Numbered from the stretch's first letter, positions 17,253-26,461 are shown. The stretch: 31,890 nucleotides of DNA from Armatimonadota bacterium (GCA_043754515.1 JAYUUO010000194.1:1-31890), one strand, 5' to 3'. Translations and numbers: made by a program. Notes: generated from the letters alone by a model not told the origin.

Positions 17253-18122
17253 CTACTTGATATGAAACGTCCCGAAGTAGTGACGCCCGTTGAACGTCAT
17301 CCCGTCGCTTTGCTTTGATTCCTCTCCTGGTATCGGCCCGATCTGTTGTTTCGTCACCGAATCAACCGCGCTTCTGCTCGCCGACTGGCGCGGGGGGAAG
17401 AAGATCGGGTCATCTATAGCACTCTGGCTCCCCTTAAACCACTTCACGTGCCCGTCGGCGAAGGCGAAGTTGCTACCACCCATGTAGCGGAATCGTGTCT
17501 CCTTGCCGACGGTCGCTCCCTGTCCTGGATCGCAGCCGCCGTGGGCGTTGAAGGAAGAGCCGAAGGGGCCTGTGCCTAGCGTCAGCGCATGTCCCGCGTT
17601 ACCGGGGCGGTTTTCCGCGCACGTAATCAGTACCGTCCGGCTGGGGTTGGTGAGCGCGTTCTGGGGCACCCCGTTTAGAAGGTCGTTGTACATGTAATAC
17701 AAGTCACCCTTCTTACCCGGAAGGCGTCCACCTCCCGGTGCGATGTACAGTTGGTCGCTCTTGACATAAGGATCGAGCAAACCCTGCGCAATTCGCCCGT
17801 CCGGGAGTATCCGGTTCGGCCCCCAACCCCGGGCAAACGACTCGTTCGTCTTATGCAATTCAGAGCCTGAAGAGGGAGGCACCTTGCTCGTGTAGCTGAC
17901 TGACGGCGGGAAGTGCCCGTCGTAGTCCTGCATATACTGCAGAAAGCCGAGCGCGATCTGTTTCTGATTCGAGGCGTCGCCCGCGCGGGAGGCACCTTCA
18001 TGTCTGTGCCTATCCCGATCGCCGGAAGAAAAAATGGCACATATGGCCATCACGATTACCAGTGAAAGCAGTATCTCGGTGAGCGTAAGCCCGCGCTGGC
18101 TACGAGGGGAGAGTGATACCAT
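17253..18122 (-). CDS. Divergent prepilin-type / DUF1559 protein with H-X9-DG-like motif
   Basis: QRG|LTLTE pilin-type site, SNQKQIALGFLQYMQDYD, RYMGGSNFAFADGHVKW. Confidence 0.85.
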   Translation of the reverse strand: MVSLSPRSQRGLTLTEILLSLVIVMAICAIFSSGDRDRHRHEGASRAGDASNQKQIALGFLQYMQDYDGHFPPSVSYTSKVPPSSGSELHKTNESFARGWGPNRILPDGRIAQGLLDPYVKSDQLYIAPGGGRLPGKKGDLYYMYNDLLNGVPQNALTNPSRTVLITCAENRPGNAGHALTLGTGPFGSSFNAHGGCDPGQGATVGKETRFRYMGGSNFAFADGHVKWFKGSQSAIDDPIFFPPRQSASRSAVDSVTKQQIGPIPGEESKQSDGMTFNGRHYFGTFHIK

Positions 18123-18140
18123 CGTTGTTCGTTCCTTTCT

Positions 18141-18184
18141 AAAAGCCGCTCGCGGCGGGTCGTGAACTTTTAACCCGCCGCGAG
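18141..18184 (-). terminator. Hairpin between the tandem DUF1559 genes
   Basis: 12-bp perfect stem CTCGCGGCGGGT / ACCCGCCGCGAG (18149-18184), then CGGCTTTT on the minus strand. Confidence 0.55.
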
Positions 18185-18208
18185 TGGTGTCCTCCGATCC
18201 GCCATGGC

Positions 18209-19047
18209 CTACCTGATGTAGAACGTCCCGGCGTAGGAACGCCCGTTGAACGTCATCTCGCCGCCCGGTTTCGGCCCGATCAGCCGCTTCGTTATCGGGT
18301 CAACCGCGCTCTTGCACGCCGACTGGCGCGGGGGGAAGAAGATCGGATCGTCTTGTGGGTCTTCGCTTCCCTTGAACCACTTCACGTGCCCGTCCGTAAA
18401 GGCAAAGTTGTTACCCCCTTTGTGACGGGACCGCGCGCCCCTGCCGACGCTCGCGCCCCTGTCCGCGTCGCAACCCCCGAGGGCGTTGAACGTGGCATAG
18501 GCCGGGTATGAGTCGAGCGAAAGAGAATGCCCCGCGTTAGCGATGCGGTCTTCCGCGCCGGTTATCAGCACCGTCAGTGATGGCGCGGCGATGGAGTCTG
18601 CTTGAACGTGTACGAGGAGGTCGTTGTACATGAACTCCAGGTTCGGCGGGACGACGGTGTATTTTCGTCCAGGCGTCACGTCTACAAACAGCTGGTTGCT
18701 TTTCGTGTAGGGCGAGAGTATCCCTGGAACTATCCGTCCGTCAATCGTTGTTCGATCCGGCCCCCAACTCTGTGTAACCGGCCCCAGCCTCCATCTACCC
18801 GCACGGTCTTGAAGCCGCATGTTTGCGTACCCCACGGCAGGAGGGAACCGGTCGTCATAGTCCTGGCAGTACTGAATGAAGCCGAGGGCAATCTGCTTCT
18901 GGTTAGAAGCGGCACTGGGACCACGACCGCATCTCTTCTTGCAAACAGGGAGTATAAGAACAACCCCAAAACAAACATGATGAGAACGCAGACGGTCAGC
19001 TCGGTGAGCGTAAACCCGCGTTTTGGATGATGAGATAATGATGGCAT
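18209..19047 (-). pseudogene. Frameshifted prepilin-type / DUF1559 paralog
   Basis: Frame 1 from ATG19047: MPSLSHHPKRG|FTLTELTVCVLIMFVLG. The -1 frame continues VVLILPVCKKRCGRGPSAASNQKQIALGFIQYCQDYDDRFPP...RHKGGNNFAFTDGHVKW. Switch at or near the TTTTGGGG tract (18964-18971). Confidence 0.85.
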
Positions 19048-19109
19048 CGTAGTTCGTTCCTTTCTGCTTAAAGAAACGAAAAGCGGGCGGGGTTCGTTAC
19101 GGGTCAGCC

Positions 19110-19146
19110 AAAACAAAAGCGAGCAAGGATTTCTCCTTGCTCGCTT
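19110..19146 (-). terminator. Rho-independent terminator after the SRP RNA and ABC operon
   Basis: Minus strand AAGCGAGCAAGGA-GAAA-TCCTTGCTCGCTT then TTGTTTT. Confidence 0.85.
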
Positions 19147-19155
19147 ATCAAACTA

Positions 19156-19231
19156 TGCGACACGCGGGGCGTATCTCTTAGGGCTGCTGCCTTCCGACCC
19201 TGACCCGGTTCGTGACCACCCCGCTGCCGTG
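19156..19231 (-). ncRNA. ffs: Signal recognition particle RNA (small bacterial 4.5S type); ends approximate
   Basis: Minus strand GAACCGGGTCAGGGTCGGAAGGCAGCAGCCCTAAG matches the helix-8 core (CAGG...GGAA...AGCAG), closed by GCGGGGTG/CGCCCCGC; -10 TACAAT at 19237-19242. Confidence 0.88.
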
Positions 19232-19262
19232 CCCGTATTGTACCCGCTGGTGCTCGGGTTCG

Positions 19263-20951
19263 CTACTTTTCGACCAGCACTTTTTCGCCGGTGCCGACGA
19301 GATCTGCCTTGTCAATCTCGATCACGCGCCGGATCATGCGCAGATCGTGCCGCGTCGGATCGGTCACCAGGTAGTTCTTGTCCGTCAACCCCTCGCCGCT
19401 ATAGCCGAACCGATCCTGAATGTTATCCGGGAACACGCGCGGGTTGAGCGACAGGATCAGTTCGTACTTGGGGCGACTGAACGAGTACATCGTCGGATCT
19501 TTGCTCATGTCGAACTGGCGCGAATACTCGCCCGGCTTTTCCGCGCTGGCTTGCGCCACCGAGTAATGCTTCTTATCCAGTTCCGCGAGCTTCGCGGTAT
19601 CTTTAACCAGTTGCGCGAATTTGGCTGTTGCCTCGGCGTCGGAGTAGAACGGCTCCGGGCTGTTATACGGCAGGGGATACGCGACGCTGACCGCCTGCTT
19701 CTTGCCCCACGGCGACAACTGGCTCAGGCCCTTCGACAGCGTCACGTTACCGAGTCCGTACGTTTTCACCTCGGCATCGGTGAACTGGTAGACGTTCGTG
19801 TTCTGTCCCGCCCGCTCCGCCGTGCTGGAAAACTTGCCCGCCGCGACGAACAGTCCGCCCTTCTCCGCGAGCTTACCATCGCGGGTCGAGATCTGATCCT
19901 GCATGATCGTTATGGTCTGATCAATGTCGAACGAGAACGCGCTCTGGGTGGGTTGCTTATAACCTTCGTCTTGCAACCGAACGTCAACGCGCGCGCCATC
20001 GGCGGGACCCGCGAGCAGTACGCCCTTGCCCGGCTTGGCGAGCGTACCCATGTCGAACGACTTGCCGGACGCACCCCAACACCGCCACGTGCCTTCGATC
20101 TTCAGCACCTTCGATTTGAGACGGGTCACCTTGCAGGTGAACTGGACATCAATCGGTGGCTTCGCGTTCTCGGCGCGTACCATCTTGCGGATCTGGAGGT
20201 GTTCCCAGTTCTTGCGGCTGGAGTTCAGGCCCGACTCGTTGCGCCCCTTATCTTCCGGCGACGTCTTCGGATCTTTGATACGCCGCTCATGCTCGTCAAT
20301 GACCGACTGCCACTGCTTCACCGCCTCGTCCGTGCGACCGGCCCGCTCCAGCGAATGCGCGAGGAGGTGTCCCACCTGCGTCACGTCGTAGTTCGGATCG
20401 GCCTTCACGCCGGATTGAAGCGTTTCGACGGACAGATCGTAGTCCTTAATCTTGTCGAACGCGTTCCAACCCTTCTCCTTGTACAAGTCGTAGACGTTCG
20501 AGTTGTTCGCGATGCCCTCGTTCAAGAGGGCCATGCCGGGACCCAGGTAACGCCGGTCGGAGCGCTGATCGGTGTCCGTGAAGTTGTACATGAGGTGCCA
20601 GGCACCGGTCGCGTACACGTCCAGCCAGTTCGGGTCGAGCCAGGTAATTAGGCGGATCATCGGTAAAATCGCGTCGTAGTTTCCCGAGTGGAAGAACTCA
20701 TCGGTGCGCACCCAGAGTAGCCCCGCGATCACCTGCCGGAAGCCAGTCAACGCGCCGAGGGTGTACTCGAACGGCAAGGTCACCGGGTTACCTTTGACAG
20801 TGAGCTCCCCGACTGTTTTCCCCACAGCCGGGGGCTGGATCGCGACTTGCATTCGGAGCGGATCAATTCCGTATTGAAGTACGAATACGCCGACCATTAA
20901 AGCGGCGGCGGTGCCCATCAGAGTGTTTTTCTGTTGATTAGTATAAGCCAT
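19263..20951 (-). CDS. Membrane-anchored TPR-like protein, PilG/XapA-like partner of the ABC transporter, with a long C-terminal domain of unknown function
   Basis: N-terminal TM helix; GFRQVIAGLLWVRTDEFFH...ITWLDPNWLDVY..GAWHL.YN...LLNEGIANN helical-repeat pattern; operonic with the ABC genes. Confidence 0.7.
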   Translation of the reverse strand: MAYTNQQKNTLMGTAAALMVGVFVLQYGIDPLRMQVAIQPPAVGKTVGELTVKGNPVTLPFEYTLGALTGFRQVIAGLLWVRTDEFFHSGNYDAILPMIRLITWLDPNWLDVYATGAWHLMYNFTDTDQRSDRRYLGPGMALLNEGIANNSNVYDLYKEKGWNAFDKIKDYDLSVETLQSGVKADPNYDVTQVGHLLAHSLERAGRTDEAVKQWQSVIDEHERRIKDPKTSPEDKGRNESGLNSSRKNWEHLQIRKMVRAENAKPPIDVQFTCKVTRLKSKVLKIEGTWRCWGASGKSFDMGTLAKPGKGVLLAGPADGARVDVRLQDEGYKQPTQSAFSFDIDQTITIMQDQISTRDGKLAEKGGLFVAAGKFSSTAERAGQNTNVYQFTDAEVKTYGLGNVTLSKGLSQLSPWGKKQAVSVAYPLPYNSPEPFYSDAEATAKFAQLVKDTAKLAELDKKHYSVAQASAEKPGEYSRQFDMSKDPTMYSFSRPKYELILSLNPRVFPDNIQDRFGYSGEGLTDKNYLVTDPTRHDLRMIRRVIEIDKADLVGTGEKVLVEK

Positions 20952-20977
20952 TGGTTTGAAAATCTTCTCTAAACGCG

Positions 20978-21766
20978 TCAGACCTCTTTGCGGTCGAAGG
21001 CCAGCACCGCGATGATCAACAACACCGCCGAGTACACTATCGAGTAGATGATGTTCTGCGCGACGAACAGTACCGGGCTGGTAACCTGGACGGTCGTGTT
21101 GAGCAGGGGGTTCGTGTAGTTAAAGTTGCCGAAGTTCGGCACGATATAATGAACCGCGCTGAAGAACGCCTTCGCGAGCGGGTTGCCCGCGTTCTTCGCC
21201 AGGTCGTAGGTCACCGGCGACATCGAGCCGATGATGAACAGCGACAGGGTGGCGAAGAAGTTGATCAGCGGAGGCGTGAACACCGACAGGAACACCGACA
21301 GCGAGCAGAGCAGGATCAACTGAAACAGGGTCAGTAGCACCTGGATCAGCAATAGCGGCGCGTCCACCACCTGGTGTCCGAGCGCCTGCTTGATGGCGAC
21401 CGCGATCACGAACAGGATGCCCATCAAGCCGATGTTGATGGAAACGGTGCCGATGGCACCGAGGTACTTGCCGAGCAAGAACTGGTACCGCGTGACTGGC
21501 TTGGACAGGATCGTGTAGATCGTGCGCCGCTCGAGTTCGGTCGGGATCAGGTAGATGGACAGGATCACCGAGATGAAAAGGCCAGCGAGCGAGATTACAC
21601 CCAGCCCCATGCCTTTGATGAGTGTCAGTTCCTGGCGGGCGGCGAAAGTGGTGAAAGAGAACATGAGAACGATCATCGCAAGCCCGACCATCAGAAAGGC
21701 GTTTAGGATCTTGCGGCGCATCGCTTCATTAATCGTGTTTCCGGCGATAACAAATGCTGTGTTCAT
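20978..21766 (-). CDS. ABC-2 type permease (PilI-like)
   Basis: IAGNTINEAMRRK, ELERRTIYTILSKPVTRYQFLLGKYLG, VPNF..FN, FDRKEV; about six hydrophobic segments. Confidence 0.9.
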   Translation of the reverse strand: MNTAFVIAGNTINEAMRRKILNAFLMVGLAMIVLMFSFTTFAARQELTLIKGMGLGVISLAGLFISVILSIYLIPTELERRTIYTILSKPVTRYQFLLGKYLGAIGTVSINIGLMGILFVIAVAIKQALGHQVVDAPLLLIQVLLTLFQLILLCSLSVFLSVFTPPLINFFATLSLFIIGSMSPVTYDLAKNAGNPLAKAFFSAVHYIVPNFGNFNYTNPLLNTTVQVTSPVLFVAQNIIYSIVYSAVLLIIAVLAFDRKEV

Positions 21767-21816
21767 GGCTTTTTTCGGGTGGGGCGGGATAGCCCCCTTT
21801 TCATTTCGTTGGGGAG

Positions 21817-22938
21817 TTACTTCCGCGCGAGATCCTTATACTTGTTCGCGCTCGCCTTCGGAGTGACTACCACGCCGACCGCTTTCGGGACATCCGCCGT
21901 GTCGTTCATTGACGGGGTGTTGTAGGACGCGGCACCGCCGGTCCCGTTCGCGGAAACGACTTCCGTGGTCGCGTTACCGCTATCATCTAACACGATGCGC
22001 TCGCCGACGACCTGTACGAACAGGTCTTCAAGCGTGCGCCGCTTCGGCTCGATGGACAGTATAGACGCTTCCGCGCGGCGGGCGGCGTCTATTACCGCGC
22101 TCACCGCCTCGGGCGTGTTGCGCATCGTGATGCTGGTGCGAGTGCCGTTGACCTGGATCTGACCGTCCTTCGCCGCCGAGCGGATCGTTTCGCCCAGCCC
22201 CGGCGTGACACCGGACAGCACGATCTCGACGAGTTCACCCGCTAGCAGTTCTTCGACGCTCCCTAGCACGCGCAATTTGCCCTTGTGGATGATGGAGACG
22301 CGGTGGCAGACGGCTTCGACGTCTTCCAGTTGGTGCGACGAAAGGAACATCGCCTTGCCCTGCCGCTTGAGTTCGAGCATCAGGTCGCGGATGTCGCGCC
22401 GCGCGATGGCGTCAAGCCCCGACGTCGGCTCGTCGTAGAACAACAGGTCCGGGTCGTTGATCAGCGATTGCGCGATGCCGACGCGCTGGCGCATACCTTT
22501 CGAGAACTCGTGGATGCGCTTGCCGCGGTCGCCTTTGCCGCCGAGTCCCACGAAGTCCACTAATTCCTCGGACTTCTTGCGGGCGTCTTCTCTCTTCATA
22601 CCGAACAACTGCGCATAGAAAGTCACTACTTCCATCGCAGTCATATGCTCGTAGAAGTAGGGCGATTCCGGCAAATAGGCGATGCGCTTTTTGACTTCGA
22701 TGTCACCGGCGGGCGCACCGAGAACGGTCGCTTCGCCGGCGGTGGGGTAGATGAGGCCGAGCAAAATCTTGATCGTGGTCGTTTTTCCGGCACCGTTCGC
22801 GCCGAGGAAGCCGAATATCTCGCCCTCCCCGATGTTGAGTGTCAGATTATCAACCGCGTTAACTACCTCGTTCTTGCGCGCGATCGGGTACTGCTTGGTC
22901 AGATTCTTAATAACAATGGCGTTTGCCGTATCGGGCAT
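21817..22938 (-). CDS. ABC transporter ATP-binding protein (PilH-like)
   Basis: Walker A GANGAGKTT, YLPESPYFY, signature FSKGMRQR, Walker B LLFYDEPTSGLD, SSH. Confidence 0.95.
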   Translation of the reverse strand: MPDTANAIVIKNLTKQYPIARKNEVVNAVDNLTLNIGEGEIFGFLGANGAGKTTTIKILLGLIYPTAGEATVLGAPAGDIEVKKRIAYLPESPYFYEHMTAMEVVTFYAQLFGMKREDARKKSEELVDFVGLGGKGDRGKRIHEFSKGMRQRVGIAQSLINDPDLLFYDEPTSGLDAIARRDIRDLMLELKRQGKAMFLSSHQLEDVEAVCHRVSIIHKGKLRVLGSVEELLAGELVEIVLSGVTPGLGETIRSAAKDGQIQVNGTRTSITMRNTPEAVSAVIDAARRAEASILSIEPKRRTLEDLFVQVVGERIVLDDSGNATTEVVSANGTGGAASYNTPSMNDTADVPKAVGVVVTPKASANKYKDLARK

Positions 22939-23269
22939 AACTTTCTGGACTCCTGCGGGCGGATGGGTATTAACTGGCTATTTGTCGTCAGCGTTGCCGG
23001 TTATAGTTGACTCGAAAGGTGTCAACAAGAACTTTCGCGAATAAAAGTCCGTGACTACAGTATAGACCGGAACGGAAGCAAGGGAAGTTCCCAAAACCCC
23101 ACCGAATTAAACCTGTCGCGCAACTGTTTCCCCGTGGATGACGCCGGTGTAGGATACCATACGGTACCGCTCTGCCGCCAAAACAGAATGTGCCACCGGC
23201 GTTTCCGGATCATTGACGCCGTTCCCCGCGCCCAAGTCAGTCGGCTTTCGACGCCCCCGCGATCCGGTG

Positions 23270-23275
23270 TACAAT
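23270..23275 (+). promoter_or_regulatory. -10 box of a putative leaderless promoter
   Basis: TACAAT, then 7 nt to ATG23283; no SD sequence. Confidence 0.5.
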
Positions 23276-23282
23276 GAAAGAC

Positions 23283-25268
23283 ATGTCCGACGCCGCTGTC
23301 ACCGCCGCTCCCACGCCGAAGCCGTCCGAAATCACGCCCCGCGCCGTTCTGCTCGGACTACTTCTGACTGTACTGAACGTAATCTGGGTGACGCAGGTCG
23401 AGGTGCGCTACTACATCCTGGATGGTTCCTCACTCCCGCTCTTCATTACGCCGATCTTTCTGCTCCTCGTGCTGGTCGCGGGGAACGCGCTGGCGCGGCT
23501 GTTCCCTGGCGGCGGGGGGCGAGCGTTGCGCCAGGAGGAGTTGCTCGTGGCGTATCTGATGGCGGTTATCTCGAACACGTTCGCGGGGCATGACATGCTC
23601 CAGAACCTGTTCGGACAGATCACGCACCCCTACTATTTCGCGCCGCAAAACGACTGGCAGGAGATTTTCATCGCGCGGCTCCCCGCTTTTCTGTTCGTGT
23701 CCGACCCCGAATCGCTCAAGTTCTGGTACCGGGGCAACGTCCCGCCGCAGACGGCGGCCGGCTACTTCGTCCACTGGAGCGTCCCGCTGGCATTATGGGG
23801 CGTGTTCTTCCTGGTGCTCGTGTTCCTGTTCGTCTGCATCACCGTGATAGTGCGCAAGGCGTGGACGGAGAACGAGAAGTTGTCGTTCCCCGTGATCCAG
23901 TTGCCGCTGGTGATGACGGAGCCGGGCGGGGCATTCTTCAAAAACCGGGTCATGTGGGCGGGGTTCTCCGCCGCCTTCGCGGTCGGGCTTGTGAACGGCA
24001 TGCACCAACTATTCCCGCAGATGCCGGAAAACCAGTGGATCAAGCTCTATGACGTCGGCCAGTACTTCACGCAGCCACCCTGGAACGCCATCCGCACCTA
24101 CGGCATGCAGACCTCGCTCTACCCGTTCGCCATCGGGCTGTCGTACCTTATACCGCTCGACCTGGCGTTCTCGTGCTGGTTCTCGTACCTGCTGGCGCGG
24201 GCGTACTTCGTGTTCGGTCGCGCGTCGGGGCTTGACGGGCCGTCCGCCGGGCAGGGCTGGCCCTACCTGAAGGAGATTTCGGCGGGCGCGTGGATCGGTG
24301 TCGCGGGCGCGATCCTGTGGGCGAACCGCCGCTACCTAGCGTATGCGTTCGACCGTGCTTTCGGGACGCGCCAGAGCGGGGGGTATGGGTTCCAGACGGA
24401 GGACGACCCGGTCGAGGATCGCCGCTACCGCTTCGCCTTTATCGGGGTCGCGTTCGGCGCGGCTTTCCTGCTCGCATGGGGCTACCTACTGGGCATCGCG
24501 GTCTGGGCGTCGGTCGCGTTCTTCGGGATCTTCTTCGCGCTGTCGCTCGCGATTACGCGGGTGCGCGCCGAGTTCGGCACCCCGCACGAGATCGTTTTCG
24601 TCAAGCCCGCCGACATTCTGGTCACGCTACTGGGCACTCGCGCCATCGGGGACGCGTCGCTGATTGGGATGCAGAGCATGTACTGGTTCAACCGGGGCTA
24701 CCGGTGCCACCCGATGCCGAACTTCCTGGAGGGGTTCAAAATCAGCGAGAACCGGCGTATGCCGTTCGCGCCGCTACTCGGCGTGTTCGCGCTGGCGGCG
24801 GTCGCCTCCCTCGTGACGACGTTCGCGGCCAACTACTTCACGACCTACTCTGCCGGGGCGCAGGCGAAGGCGATCGGCTATAAAATGTGGGTGGGGCAGG
24901 AGGCGTTCGGGCAACTCGCCGGCTGGCTGAAGAGCGGGCAGCGACCGGCGGAGCAGAGTTTCTGGTTCTTCCTCGGCGGGCTGGTGCTGGTTGGGCTGTT
25001 CGCGTATTTGCGGCAGGAGTTCCTCTGGTGGCCCCTGCACCCGACCGGGTTCGCGCTCGGTATATCGTACGCGATGAACTACTTCTGGTTCTGCGTCTTC
25101 GTCGCGTGGCTGGCGAAGCTGTGCATCACGCGGTACGGGGGGATGGAGGCGCACAAGCGGGCGTTGCCGTTCTTCCTGGGTCTGGTGCTGGGCGACTACA
25201 CGGTCGGCGCGATCTGGTCGTTATTCGGACTCTGGCTCGGCACCCCAACCTACAAGATATTCATCTAG
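23283..25268 (+). CDS. Polytopic membrane protein, DUF6785/DUF6784-type (putative transporter); alternative start 23274
   Basis: Many TM segments; EKLSFPVIQLP, AIGLSYLIPLDLAFSCWF, RVRAEFGTPH, WWPLHPTG, RYGG...PFFLGLVLGD. Confidence 0.75.
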   Translation: MSDAAVTAAPTPKPSEITPRAVLLGLLLTVLNVIWVTQVEVRYYILDGSSLPLFITPIFLLLVLVAGNALARLFPGGGGRALRQEELLVAYLMAVISNTFAGHDMLQNLFGQITHPYYFAPQNDWQEIFIARLPAFLFVSDPESLKFWYRGNVPPQTAAGYFVHWSVPLALWGVFFLVLVFLFVCITVIVRKAWTENEKLSFPVIQLPLVMTEPGGAFFKNRVMWAGFSAAFAVGLVNGMHQLFPQMPENQWIKLYDVGQYFTQPPWNAIRTYGMQTSLYPFAIGLSYLIPLDLAFSCWFSYLLARAYFVFGRASGLDGPSAGQGWPYLKEISAGAWIGVAGAILWANRRYLAYAFDRAFGTRQSGGYGFQTEDDPVEDRRYRFAFIGVAFGAAFLLAWGYLLGIAVWASVAFFGIFFALSLAITRVRAEFGTPHEIVFVKPADILVTLLGTRAIGDASLIGMQSMYWFNRGYRCHPMPNFLEGFKISENRRMPFAPLLGVFALAAVASLVTTFAANYFTTYSAGAQAKAIGYKMWVGQEAFGQLAGWLKSGQRPAEQSFWFFLGGLVLVGLFAYLRQEFLWWPLHPTGFALGISYAMNYFWFCVFVAWLAKLCITRYGGMEAHKRALPFFLGLVLGDYTVGAIWSLFGLWLGTPTYKIFI

Positions 25269-25387
25269 AAACTCCCCCTGTTGGCTCCGGTGAACCCGGT
25301 TCCTCCCAATTCAGAGTTATCGCTGGTTCAATGGGACATTCCCTTCCGTGGAGCGGCTAACGGCGCGGGTATACCTTACAATGAGGA

Positions 25388-26461
25388 ATGACCGATAAAC
25401 CATATCCGACCCCTGTCACCCTACGCGATGTTGCCGCGCGGGCGGGCGTCAACGCGACCACTGTTTCCGTGGTAACCAATGGGAGCAGGTCCGGTACCCG
25501 CGTTTCCGCCGCAACCCGTGAACATATTCTCGCCGTCGCCGCCGAACTCGGATACCGCCCGAATATAGCGGCTCGTGGCATCAAACACCGGCGCATGAAC
25601 TCGCTCGGCGTAGTGGACATCATGCACACCAAAGGGTTGAACCTCTATTTCCTCGAAGTGCTGAATGGCATTCTTGAGAAGGCGGGCGATCGAGAGCAGA
25701 ACACGACTGTCTTCACGCTCGCCAACTGGCAGACGGAGGAGGAGAAGATACTACAGTTCTGCGATGGCCGCGTAGACGGCTTGATTTTGGTGGGGCCGCA
25801 GTTCCGCGCCGAGTTTGCCCAGATACTATCCCGCCGAATCCCGTTCGTCGCCCTGCACAGTAATATAGTGCTCCCCGTCGCGGCAACCCTTGAGGTTGAC
25901 GACGAGCAGGGCGGATACCTGGCCACGAGGCATCTGCTAGAGTTGGGACACCGGAGGATCGCGCACTTCGGGGGACAGGAGCACTTCTCCGGGGCGTCGC
26001 GTCGGCGCGACGGCTACTTCCGTGCGCTCGCGGAAGCCGGGATCGCCTGCGAGGAGTCACTCGTGTTGAAGGGCGCGTTCGAGTCGCCGTCCGGGCGGGA
26101 ACAGATGGGACGGCTCCTGTCCCTGGATCCGCCGCGCCCGACCGCCGTCTTTTGCGCCAACGACCCGATCGCCTTCGGGGCTATGGAGGTTCTGGCGGAA
26201 CAAGGGATTCCAGTGCCGACCGCGATGAGCGTCGTCGGCTTCGACGATTCCTTGGTCGCACGAATGACGAACCCGCACCTGACCACGATCCGGCAACCAT
26301 TCCGACAGATGGGGCAACATGCGGTCGAACTACTTCTGCAACAGATCAGCAACAACGCTGTCAGTGCGAACGCCATCACGGAGGCGAGGGTGATCCGCGA
26401 GATGTTCCCTGTGGAACTAATCGTGCGCGGCTCAACTTGCAGGCTATCCTCCAACGCGTAG
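25388..26461 (+). CDS. LacI-family transcriptional regulator
   Basis: VTLRDVAARAGVNATTVS HTH, LGYRPN, LGHRRIA, PTAVFCAND, SVVGFDD, LTTIRQP. Confidence 0.96.
   Translation: MTDKPYPTPVTLRDVAARAGVNATTVSVVTNGSRSGTRVSAATREHILAVAAELGYRPNIAARGIKHRRMNSLGVVDIMHTKGLNLYFLEVLNGILEKAGDREQNTTVFTLANWQTEEEKILQFCDGRVDGLILVGPQFRAEFAQILSRRIPFVALHSNIVLPVAATLEVDDEQGGYLATRHLLELGHRRIAHFGGQEHFSGASRRRDGYFRALAEAGIACEESLVLKGAFESPSGREQMGRLLSLDPPRPTAVFCANDPIAFGAMEVLAEQGIPVPTAMSVVGFDDSLVARMTNPHLTTIRQPFRQMGQHAVELLLQQISNNAVSANAITEARVIREMFPVELIVRGSTCRLSSNA

Noticed and set aside
18964..18970. Efficient programmed -1 ribosomal frameshift as the main explanation
   Set aside because: The heptamer has Y=G, whereas efficient sites use A or U, and no clear stimulatory element was seen; kept only as a minor alternative
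17253..19047. Diversity-generating retroelement TR/VR pair suggested by shared 3' sequence
   Set aside because: No reverse transcriptase in the window, and differences are not adenine-specific; ordinary tandem duplication explains it
19212..20651. 479-aa plus-strand ORF
   Set aside because: Antisense shadow of the TPR-like gene; no motifs, and long shadow ORFs are expected at this GC content
23180..23195. Sigma54 promoter (minus-strand TGGCAC)
   Set aside because: No TTGC -12 element at the required spacing
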